Source: Candidatus Krumholzibacteriota bacterium | GTDB taxonomy: Bacteria > Krumholzibacteriota > Krumholzibacteriia > LZORAL124-64-63 | Length of the DNA: 64,000 nucleotides | Direction of reading: 5' to 3' | Assembly: GCA_039714075.1 (NCBI GenBank) | Contig: JBDLKA010000003.1 | Coordinates: 8,789-72,788 of the forward strand | Shown here: one piece after another, positions 56,901 through 64,000 of the stretch | How the letters are laid out: the number at the start of each line of letters is the position of its first letter | Numbering within the stretch: the first letter of the stretch is position 1 | Notes under the pieces: generated by a model | Databases searched by the model: none | What the model was told of the DNA's origin: nothing | What the model saw: only the letters and a program-made list of their open reading frames with translations | Program-made: the position numbers and the translations under genes

Positions 56901-59900
56901 AGGAACTTGAGTTCGGAAAGCTGAAGGGTGAAGGCCGTTCTTCCGCCGGGGCTGGGATTTTCGTACCAGATCCGGACATGAGTCACGGCGCGCAGGTTGG
57001 GAGCACCGGTAACGCTGACCGAATCGACCGCCGTAATTGGTATGCGGTATTTTCGCCAGGCGATGTTGCCGTCAACGAGTTCCTGAACGTCGTCATAGTC
57101 GTAGACCACGTCCACCAGGGCTTCGGATTCCTTCAGATCGATGGTCGCCGTGAAAAAACTGTTTTCCCGGTTCAGGATATCATCACCGTTTAGATCCTCA
57201 TCGTCCTCCCGGGCATTCCTGGCCGTCCCGTTGATCCGGGGGAAGGGGCTGTCACCACCGATTTCATAGGCTGCGTCAAATCTCTGAGGACCGTTTTCGT
57301 TTCCGTCCAGTCCGACATCCTCTTCCGGTGCGTAGAAAACGAAATCACGTTCCCCGTCCACGATACCGTCTTCCCTCTCATGCTTGCCGACGATGAGATC
57401 ACCGTTTCCGTCCAGGGGCCAGAAACCGTCCTCGTTGATGCGGCCGAAATCGATGTGCAGCTTTCCGCCCCGCTGGGTGGTGTCAGCCACACCGTCGTTG
57501 ACCCAGAATTCAAGGAACTGGGCCTTGGTCAGGTCCATGCCGGTCCGGCTGACGCTGCGCATGATGCCGCCCCAGTCCTCGGGGTCCCAGGTACCGTCGT
57601 CCGCCCTCAGGAACAGATCCATGGTGGGCTGGGTTTCGTCCCGCTCCTGATTGATCAATTTCGGATTCAGGAACCGGCGCAGTGTCCGCTCCTGGGGCAA
57701 AAACCACCGCACCGTCTCGACCCGGTCCTCCGGATCAAAAACCCGTGGATCCGGATTGGCGCTCAGGTACCCGTTGCCCAGGAACGGGACGCTGGCCCAG
57801 GACCAGCCGATCCTGGTCAGGGTGATGACATCCGAGGAATCGACACCCTCGAAATCCTCAAGGTAGACCTTGCCCTTGGTATTGGGGTTGGGCAGGCTGA
57901 CGGCCGTTTCGCCGTTGAACTGGATCGTGCTTTCGCGCTCGGTGTTGCGGCGGCTGATGAAGTTGGCCACATGGGTCAGGAAATAGGGTCGGAAGGTGTG
58001 TTGCAGATTCATGTTACCGACGAGGTTCTTGCTGGGTTCTTCTCCCAGTTTGGCTTTTTCACCGACGATGTTCTCGGTCTGGTACAGCCAGGTGGTGGCC
58101 AACTTGCTGCTCTGGCCGAGATCATAACCCAGGTTCAACCCCATCAAGCTGGTATTGCCGCCGCCCATGAAGGGCGCGAACTGGTAGTTGACGGCGATCT
58201 TGCTGTCGGGAGTCAACTCGTTGGCCGCACCTCCCTTCAGCCGGACCTCTCCGAAGGTGTAGTCGATTTCATAGTCCGTGCCTCGAGTCAGGGTACGCCC
58301 GTCGAGGTTCACGGTCTCGGAACCCTCTTCGATGTTCGAGACGCCCAGGTTGAAATTGCTGGCAGCCGAGCCGTGGGTGGCGATGATACGGAAGGATGAG
58401 TACCGGGAATAATCCGACGGAGGAATATCCGGGCTGTAGATCTCCCATTTCTGGTTATCCCTGAGAAAGGAGGGATTCCAAACGAAATCGGGGGAGTTTG
58501 CATACCCGGAGTATGCCGCTTCGGCGATCTGGTCCGCCTCGTCCCCCTCCGTGAGAATCTGACCTCCGGGTGCGAAGGGTGTGGGAAAATCCAAGGGGAA
58601 GATCAACAATCCGTTAACAAGATCGAAAATATACGGATCGTGCTTGTCGACCAGCCCGTCGGGTTTGCCGCTGCCCTGGGCATCGTCAAGATCCAAGCCG
58701 AAGATCCGGATATAGTCCAGTCCGGTATCATCCTGTTGGGGCTGATTGGTCGTCTCTTCCCGTTCGATCCTCAGGTCAAAGGTCGACGCGTCGATACTGG
58801 CTCCGCCCAGGGAATAGATATTCCGCAGCACGTATTTGAACGAATGAAGTTCCTTGTTCACAACCGGGGCTTTCAGAAGCTTCATCCGGTAAAAGAGTTC
58901 ATCGCTGTTGTTGATCGGCTGCTCGGGGAAAAATCCCTGCCTGGGCAAATCCCCGACCGAGACGATGCTGCCGTCGGCAAGTTCAACATCGTAAATGACC
59001 GCCAGAGCATCCTCGTCGGCCATCCGTGTTCCCAGATCCACGGCGATTAAATTGCCGGCAGCATCTTCCATTGCCCTGAAATTTGTAATTTCACGCCATC
59101 TGCTACCGGAAAGGTGGGGAAATTCGAAATCAATTCCTTCCCAGTTGCGAAAACCGAGGGAATCAACGTAAACCGCCACATTGGTGATGTCCTCGGTGGT
59201 TGGTGTCCCTCCCGGCAACCACCTGAATATCTTGATGGACTCCCTCAGGATCTTGTCGCCCTGGAACCGTCCCCCGGGGGCCTCCTCGACCGGAAGATCC
59301 AGCTTGAAAAACCGGTGATTGAGATAGTCGGACGAGTTGATGATGTTGTCGGTCACCTGCCCGCCGGTGGCGTTGAAGGTCTTGGACGAGGTTTCCGCCT
59401 TCTGTTTCGAAGCCACCACCGTGAAATCGGCCCGGCCCACCTGGCCCGTCACCTTGATGCCGAACAGGCCCGACTTGTTGGAGCTGTAGCCGAGCAGCTG
59501 GCTGCCGGGCAGGGTCAGCCCCACGTCCCCGGTTTCGATGGTCTTGATGATCTCGTCCTCGAGACCCTGGTACATCAGCTTGATCTTGGTGGCGTCGGGC
59601 CCGATCTGGGCGCTGTTGTGGTCCACCTCGATGATTATCTTTTCGCCGATGGTACCGGACAGGCTGATCTGCAGTTCCTGCTCCATGTCCAGGGTCGGGA
59701 ACAGGGACTGGCTGGTGACACGCTCGTTCGGCGTGAACGGATCGACCACCGTGCTTTCACCGCTGATGGCGATGCGCTCGCGACCTGTGATCTTGATCCT
59801 TGTCTTCTCGCCCCGACCGATGATCTTCTCCAGGGTGCGGGGAAGCTTGATGGGGATGGTCAGGTTGATGAGACTGCCGTCCTGGTCCCCCCGGCGGCCC

Positions 59901-60625
59901 AGGCCGGCGACATCCAGGGCTTCGGTCCGGACAAAGACCTGCCCCACGGCATGCTTTCGCCTGGCGCCCGCGTTCAGGTCGTCGACAAAGAGCTTGACCA
60001 CCGGATCACCGGTGGGACGGGGCGGGTAGTACAGGAACCCGCCGGGCAAAGTTTCCGGGGAAGGGAACAGAAAGAAGAACTTGGGGTATTGGATCTCGGT
60101 CATCAGTCCCAGGGAACCGTTATATTCGACCAGGTGTTCGCGACGCTCGAGATCGACGTTGGAACGGTTCTGGAAATGGTGGCGGAACATGGCCTCCAGC
60201 CCGGGGCGGCGGTCGGGATACCGCACCGGATCCACGCCCATATCGGACAGGCGACGGCGCAGTACCAGACGGTCCACACCCAGCAGGCGGGGATCCTCCG
60301 TGGTGTTGATCACCGGGTCCAGCCCGTAAAGAAGCGGGCCGTCATAGACCGGGTCGGCCTGCGCCACCTTCGAGACGGATAGGACAAGAAAAAGGACGTA
60401 AAGGGAAAAGCATGTCCGGATCAGGGAGGGCAGCCGGTCAAGCGGGCCGGTTGGAGAACAGAAGAAGTCCGCGCCGTGGGCAAAGCGACGGACCGACCTT
60501 CCGGTGTTCCCCAGACTCGACTGCGACAATCCCTGTCTCCAAAGGTTGGATGCCCGAATTAATGCTGGCTCGATCGGCGGTCGTCCTCGAAAATGGTCAA
60601 GCTGACCCCGGGACTGGCCATACAC
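53942..60625 (-). CDS. sprA: SprA/Sov-like type IX secretion translocon (very large outer-membrane beta-barrel)
   Basis: About 2200 aa; DMEQELQISLSGTIGEK, KLMYQGLEDEIIKTIETGDVGL, GLFGIK..GQVG, LRNIYSLG, EGSETV.LDGRTL.RG.DY.IDY..G, Y.EDFEG, C-terminal aromatic beta-signal (ATFVF). The true start is uncertain, probably near the signal-like LYVLFLVLSVSKVAQA. Confidence 0.85.
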   Translation of the reverse strand: MYGQSRGQLDHFRGRPPIEPALIRASNLWRQGLSQSSLGNTGRSVRRFAHGADFFCSPTGPLDRLPSLIRTCFSLYVLFLVLSVSKVAQADPVYDGPLLYGLDPVINTTEDPRLLGVDRLVLRRRLSDMGVDPVRYPDRRPGLEAMFRHHFQNRSNVDLERREHLVEYNGSLGLMTEIQYPKFFFLFPSPETLPGGFLYYPPRPTGDPVVKLFVDDLNAGARRKHAVGQVFVRTEALDVAGLGRRGDQDGSLINLTIPIKLPRTLEKIIGRGEKTRIKITGRERIAISGESTVVDPFTPNERVTSQSLFPTLDMEQELQISLSGTIGEKIIIEVDHNSAQIGPDATKIKLMYQGLEDEIIKTIETGDVGLTLPGSQLLGYSSNKSGLFGIKVTGQVGRADFTVVASKQKAETSSKTFNATGGQVTDNIINSSDYLNHRFFKLDLPVEEAPGGRFQGDKILRESIKIFRWLPGGTPTTEDITNVAVYVDSLGFRNWEGIDFEFPHLSGSRWREITNFRAMEDAAGNLIAVDLGTRMADEDALAVIYDVELADGSIVSVGDLPRQGFFPEQPINNSDELFYRMKLLKAPVVNKELHSFKYVLRNIYSLGGASIDASTFDLRIEREETTNQPQQDDTGLDYIRIFGLDLDDAQGSGKPDGLVDKHDPYIFDLVNGLLIFPLDFPTPFAPGGQILTEGDEADQIAEAAYSGYANSPDFVWNPSFLRDNQKWEIYSPDIPPSDYSRYSSFRIIATHGSAASNFNLGVSNIEEGSETVNLDGRTLTRGTDYEIDYTFGEVRLKGGAANELTPDSKIAVNYQFAPFMGGGNTSLMGLNLGYDLGQSSKLATTWLYQTENIVGEKAKLGEEPSKNLVGNMNLQHTFRPYFLTHVANFISRRNTERESTIQFNGETAVSLPNPNTKGKVYLEDFEGVDSSDVITLTRIGWSWASVPFLGNGYLSANPDPRVFDPEDRVETVRWFLPQERTLRRFLNPKLINQERDETQPTMDLFLRADDGTWDPEDWGGIMRSVSRTGMDLTKAQFLEFWVNDGVADTTQRGGKLHIDFGRINEDGFWPLDGNGDLIVGKHEREDGIVDGERDFVFYAPEEDVGLDGNENGPQRFDAAYEIGGDSPFPRINGTARNAREDDEDLNGDDILNRENSFFTATIDLKESEALVDVVYDYDDVQELVDGNIAWRKYRIPITAVDSVSVTGAPNLRAVTHVRIWYENPSPGGRTAFTLQLSELKFLGSRWEREGIRRTDGEKLLTPAELLPGEEYFLGEVNNKENPDYRSPFPVHEENSIPEKEQALVLNFQNIEQGHMVRASKQVSARGDDYTRYSDLSWYWYNPSHTTADLDLFFRVGADTLNYYEVTHRFSDSAVKTGWHFMNINIAELSNAKNGTIDENGHIHSTVHDRRSGEAYRVRVVGRPDLRLVKRYYFGFMNNGLSQEASGYFYLNDVLLEGVKRDMGLAQRAGVRLNMADVIKVDFDWKHTDDEFHGLSSTAGTGVDAQDWNVATNLAVEDFIPLLGFRLPLTGSRRQAINRPKYETHSDIEIIEEDVKNALSTIDTQERFSSRLSHGPSKGALPRYLVDPWSLQVSGSRRSLDGPLERRRDKSLQGALNYDLRIAGNYKLGDYPLLKYIPIVKGLSIVPSKLAFAGSFTSTYNSTVTINDNGVVTPRPVGRTRPAKLTGSFDYKPISLLDLSVTAASDRDLLREQILGGINIGQENRRSYGLRMTVLVPRAKDLPEGPLMAPLRTAVRGLSKLRPSIQFNGTFADAHDPGQRQPGDPDSIRSISNSGRWEFRLDVPVGEAFTALIPEKKYSQAERDRMISEQRSLERQNQRAAGRQEDSVQTPDQPDAGKPPTGSGERPEDLEDLTPEEIQRRDEERLLAEAEAQMERDRDLGLVKDEEPQDTGEGGGLDPLLIFKPLLNTLRNTTPIKVVYTDQNSSSYARLLDTAPFWYQTGLVNELDIPDTLFSSYATDHRTNLTLSSNTRVTKDIALDVKFGDSHTRRDQVGSVVRSYKQDWPDAQLSLSGIEKWKIFGGNKDELDSGWFRSSNFNISYKRSKTVNNITDRTYNPNVTRSLTPRWTLNFHSGMTATLNANLNTIESINNGVTSLNNKMRLGLQLRHSFNAQTFLAKMGLYRPGSSQSVTMDVDLSYQKDRLERENPGGRASKPTGTDRYSLNPRFSYQITRNLSGAVRFVFSKSKNIASGQTTTTLGLGLEATFVF

Positions 60626-60788
60626 CGACCATCGTGGCGGACCGGATTAAGCTCAGCAGATCAACAATCTGGACGAAGTTCAGACGTGAAACCAGAAAAT
60701 CAATTCTCCCGGTCCCGGCTTCCACAAGCCCGGAGACCGGAATTTTGTGGGGAAAGAAAAGTTCCACGGTCAGGGACACCAAGGCTCT

Positions 60789-62204
60789 ATGTATCTGATT
60801 TACAGACACTTACTCAATACCGCCGCCGGCCCCTTCTTCTTCGGTTGGTTCGTCATCACCTTCCTGCTGATGATAGACGTGCTGTTCAGGTACGTCGATC
60901 TCTTTGTCAGTAAGGGTGTTCCTTTCCTCATGGCCACCGAGGTTCTGGCTCTCAGCCTGGGCCATACTTTTGCATTATCCGTACCAATGGCGGTCCTGAT
61001 CGCCATCCTGATGAGTGTGGGGCAACTGGCTGCCGATCATGAAATTACGGCCATGAAGGCCAGCGGGATCAGCCTGTGGTCGGTGCTGCGTCCCCTGCTG
61101 TTCGGAGCATGCATCATCGCCCTCGGCCTAACGGCCTACAACCACTACGTTTTCCCCGAGTCCAACCACACCCTGGCCAACCTCCTGTACGACATCAATC
61201 GCAAAAAACCGATGCTGGAGATCCGCGAGCAGCAGTTCACCGACATGAGCGACCGACTGACCATCTACGTCAGTCAGAAGGACGACAACACCGGCCGCAT
61301 CGAGGATGTCACCATCATCGAGAAGGAAAAACCCGGCGACCTTTCGCCCCGGATCACCACCGCGGAACGGGGCCGCATCATTCCCGATCACGAGACCGAT
61401 TCCATGCTCATCGAACTTCACGACGGGGAGATCCACGAACGCCCCGACAAGGAGGTTCCGGACAAGTACCAGGTCATCCGTTTCGGGCAGCACAACCTCT
61501 ACGTGGCCAATGTGGAGCGGGATTTCCATGCCTCCGGACGGCAGACCCGCGGCGACCGGGAAATGAACCTGAAGGATCTGTGGGCCGCGGCCGCCGAAGA
61601 GCAGGGCCGGCAGGACAAGACCCTGGACAACGTGACCGGTCTGGCCGAAACCCTGCTCGTCTGGCAGTGGAAACTTCTGGATCCCGCTCGCCGGAGTGAG
61701 GTTCTCGGCAATCGTCCGGCCCCTCCGGATTCAACGGAACGGGAAAATTTCCTGGACGGAAAATACCGGGCGACCCTGATCAAGGTGGACCGGGTGGTCG
61801 AACAATCGCGGTATCAGGAAAAGATCAGGGACAGCTACCGGGTCAAGGAGAACCGGTATCTGGTGGAATTCCACAAGAAGTTCGCCATCCCCTTCGCCTG
61901 CCTGGTCTTCGCCCTGATCGGCGTGCCCATGGCCGTGACGTCGTCCCGGAGCGGCAAGGGCATAAGCGTGAGCCTTGCCATCGGCGTTTATCTCGTATAT
62001 TACCTATTCCTGGTGGGGGGTGAAAAGTTTTCGGACCGGGGAAAGCTGGACCCCTTCCTGGCCATGTGGAGCGCGAATTTTTTCCTGCTGGCCCTGGGTA
62101 TCCCCCTGTTCATCAAGGCCGCCCGTGAATCGACGCTGTTGAGCATCACCCTGAAGCCGCCCAAGGCCGACGCGACCGACAGCGAGGCTGGAGATCCCGA
62201 CTGA
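60789..62204 (+). CDS. lptF: LPS export ABC transporter permease LptF
   Basis: IYRHLL..., ALSVPMAVLIA, GQLAADHEITAMKASGIS, EFHKKFAIPFACLVFALIGVPM, AMWSAN. Confidence 0.9.
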   Translation: MYLIYRHLLNTAAGPFFFGWFVITFLLMIDVLFRYVDLFVSKGVPFLMATEVLALSLGHTFALSVPMAVLIAILMSVGQLAADHEITAMKASGISLWSVLRPLLFGACIIALGLTAYNHYVFPESNHTLANLLYDINRKKPMLEIREQQFTDMSDRLTIYVSQKDDNTGRIEDVTIIEKEKPGDLSPRITTAERGRIIPDHETDSMLIELHDGEIHERPDKEVPDKYQVIRFGQHNLYVANVERDFHASGRQTRGDREMNLKDLWAAAAEEQGRQDKTLDNVTGLAETLLVWQWKLLDPARRSEVLGNRPAPPDSTERENFLDGKYRATLIKVDRVVEQSRYQEKIRDSYRVKENRYLVEFHKKFAIPFACLVFALIGVPMAVTSSRSGKGISVSLAIGVYLVYYLFLVGGEKFSDRGKLDPFLAMWSANFFLLALGIPLFIKAARESTLLSITLKPPKADATDSEAGDPD

Positions 62205-63277
62205 TGTCCATCATACATCGCCATCTGCTGTTCACCTTCTTCCGCAATCTCGGCTTTACCATGGCCGGCGCCCTGGTCCTGTTCACCCTCATCGACGTGC
62301 TCGACCACATGGGCAGCTTCGTCGACAACGACGCCACCGCCTGGCAGATCCTGCGCTACTACACCTTCAAGGCGGTGTGGATCGTCGACACCGTCCTGCC
62401 CATCGCCATGTTGATGGCCACCCTGTTCACGGTGGGCACCATGGCCAGGTATCTCGAACTGACCGCCCTGTTCGCGTCCGGCTGGTCGCTGATGAAGACG
62501 ACGCGCCCCCTGATTTTGCTTTCCCTGTTCGTGTGTGTGTTTTCCCTGGCCTGGCGGGAGTATGTCCTGCCCGAAGCCAACGTCCGGCGCAACCAGGTCT
62601 GGGAGGTCGAGATCCACGGCAACCCCGACCGGATCCGCCCCACCCAGCACATCGCCCTGACCGGCCGGGACGGACGCCTGTATTACGCGCGCAAGTACGA
62701 CCCCAACACCGGCATCCTGAACGGCCTGAAGATCCTCAGCCACGAGGGCGCCATCATCACCGAAAGGGTGGATGCGGCCCGGGCCGAGTGGGACGGGACC
62801 CACTGGACGCTGATCGACGGGACGCGGCGCATCTTCGACGGCGAAGAGGAAACCACCGAGGAATTCGAACGCCTGACCGCGGGCGACCTGCAGGTGGATC
62901 CCAAAAGTTTCTACCGGGAACGAATCCGCCAGGAGGACATGAACATCCGCCAGCTGCGCGACCACATCAATCTGGTCAGGTACAGCGGCGGCGATGCCAC
63001 CAGCGCCATGGTGGACGTCCAATTCAACCTGGCTTTCCCGGTCGTCAATCTGATCGTGGTCCTGATGGGCATCATCCTGGCCTCCGGCCCCCGCAAGACC
63101 ACCGTGGCCTCGGGGTTCGGATTCACACTTCTGGTGAGTTTCGTCTATTACCTTTTCATGAATTTCGGCCGCGCCCTGGGCCACAACGGCACCCTGCCGC
63201 CGGTACCAGCCGCCTGGGCAGGTAACGTTGTCTACGCGGCGGCGTTTGTGGTCATGTTCGTGCGCGCGAGGCGCTGA
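62204..63277 (+). CDS. lptG: LPS export ABC transporter permease LptG
   Basis: LPIAMLMATLFTVGTMARYLELTALFASGWS, LAFP, GRALG..GTLPPVPAAW; TGATG overlap with lptF. Confidence 0.9.
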   Translation: MSIIHRHLLFTFFRNLGFTMAGALVLFTLIDVLDHMGSFVDNDATAWQILRYYTFKAVWIVDTVLPIAMLMATLFTVGTMARYLELTALFASGWSLMKTTRPLILLSLFVCVFSLAWREYVLPEANVRRNQVWEVEIHGNPDRIRPTQHIALTGRDGRLYYARKYDPNTGILNGLKILSHEGAIITERVDAARAEWDGTHWTLIDGTRRIFDGEEETTEEFERLTAGDLQVDPKSFYRERIRQEDMNIRQLRDHINLVRYSGGDATSAMVDVQFNLAFPVVNLIVVLMGIILASGPRKTTVASGFGFTLLVSFVYYLFMNFGRALGHNGTLPPVPAAWAGNVVYAAAFVVMFVRARR

Positions 63278-63280
63278 AGC

Positions 63281-63410
63281 CCATTCGGGGCCAATTGGGG
63301 GAAATCAGGATGATTCAGGGCTATTCGGGTGGATTCTCGATGATTCCGGAGGATTCCGGAGGATTCCGGATGATTCCGGACGATTCCGGACGATTGGGGC
63401 CATATTGGAG
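63281..63410. repeat. Intergenic tandem array with 10-bp period (core NGATTCCGGA), about 12 units
   Basis: ccattcgggg ccaattgggg gaaatcagga tgattcaggg ctattcgggt ggattctcga tgattccgga ggattccgga ggattccgga tgattccgga cgattccgga cgattggggc. Confidence 0.88.
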
Positions 63411-63552
63411 CCACTGTTTTTCCTAGACTCCTTGCCCCAGCTGCCCTAGCTTCATAAATTGATGCGACCAGACAGGTAGGGTTCGGAACGGGGTTCCGGA
63501 ACCTTAGCTGCGACCAAGATTCCATGCCACCCCATTGGGAGAATTACCACAC

Positions 63553-64000
63553 ATGAAACGCGCCTGTATGCTGCTGGTCCCGGTCCTGATGATCCTGGCC
63601 GTGGTCACCGGCTGTAGTGATGACGAGTCCCTACCCACCTTCACCAGGGTGCGTGTATCCCCCAGTTGCGGGGTTGTCCCCATGGATGTCGAAGGCTACG
63701 CCATCCTGTCCGGGGGCAATGAAACCGGAGACCCTCTCGGCGGCAACAACAATCTCGAGGTCAAGTGGGCCTTCGGTGACGGCGGTACCGGTAATACCAG
63801 CATCGCCTACCACACCTACCAGGCCCCCGGTAACTATACGGTAACGGTCACCGGCAGTGACCCCGACGGACAGACCACCTCGGCCACCTATCCGGTAACC
63901 GTGCTGCCCGACAGCCTCGTCATTGAGGCCGGATCGAACTTCCCTGATGGTGCCTGCACCTGCTTGGACACGGTTCGCTTCAATATTGTCGCCGAATCCT
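63553..64000 (+). CDS. PKD-domain lipoprotein (3' end outside the window)
   Basis: Manual translation MKRACMLLVPVLMILAVVTG-C (lipobox) SDDE...KWAFGDGGTG...HTYQAPGNYTVTVT (PKD signature); open to the window end. Confidence 0.85.
   Translation, partial: MKRACMLLVPVLMILAVVTGCSDDESLPTFTRVRVSPSCGVVPMDVEGYAILSGGNETGDPLGGNNNLEVKWAFGDGGTGNTSIAYHTYQAPGNYTVTVTGSDPDGQTTSATYPVTVLPDSLVIEAGSNFPDGACTCLDTVRFNIVAES

Overview
GC-rich bacterial chromosomal window that is mostly housekeeping, with about 57 densely packed CDSs. I recognised no rRNA, tRNA, CRISPR array, integrase or transposase. A SprA-type (type IX secretion) translocon, lptF/lptG and a sigma-70 lacking acidic region 1.1 suggest a diderm relative of the FCB group, e.g. 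a Krumholzibacteriota/Latescibacterota-like lineage (inference only). Recognisable blocks: a ParA operon; ppiD; an MrfAB-type helicase/exonuclease pair; tatA; a folB-folK-deoxynucleoside kinase-panB-panC-glmU(N-domain)-HIT operon; selenium-dependent molybdenum hydroxylase maturation genes (yqeC, mocA-like, xdhC, yqeB); groES-groEL with a CIRCE box; valS-rodZ-uvrB-nadC-birA-coaX; a PDZ-TM-GAF-PP2C sensor; crcB; tlpA/dsbD; yigZ; sigma-70; cheY-like; uppP; an M28 peptidase; sprA; lptFG. The most unusual observations: (1) a ParA/Soj ATPase fused to a glycogen-binding CBM48 domain and followed by a degenerate MinD-like partner, a candidate system for positioning glycogen or glucan cargo; (2) a cluster of a catalytically degenerate MglA-like GTPase, a zinc-ribbon protein with a RomX-like C-terminal domain and a TPR protein, resembling a rewired Myxococcus polarity module; (3) an unannotated 22-aa hydrophobic ORF with a hairpin-sequestered RBS and a downstream terminator, resembling a type I toxin; (4) four intergenic tandem arrays with 10-13 bp periods. 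All family assignments come from visual motif recognition, not database searches.
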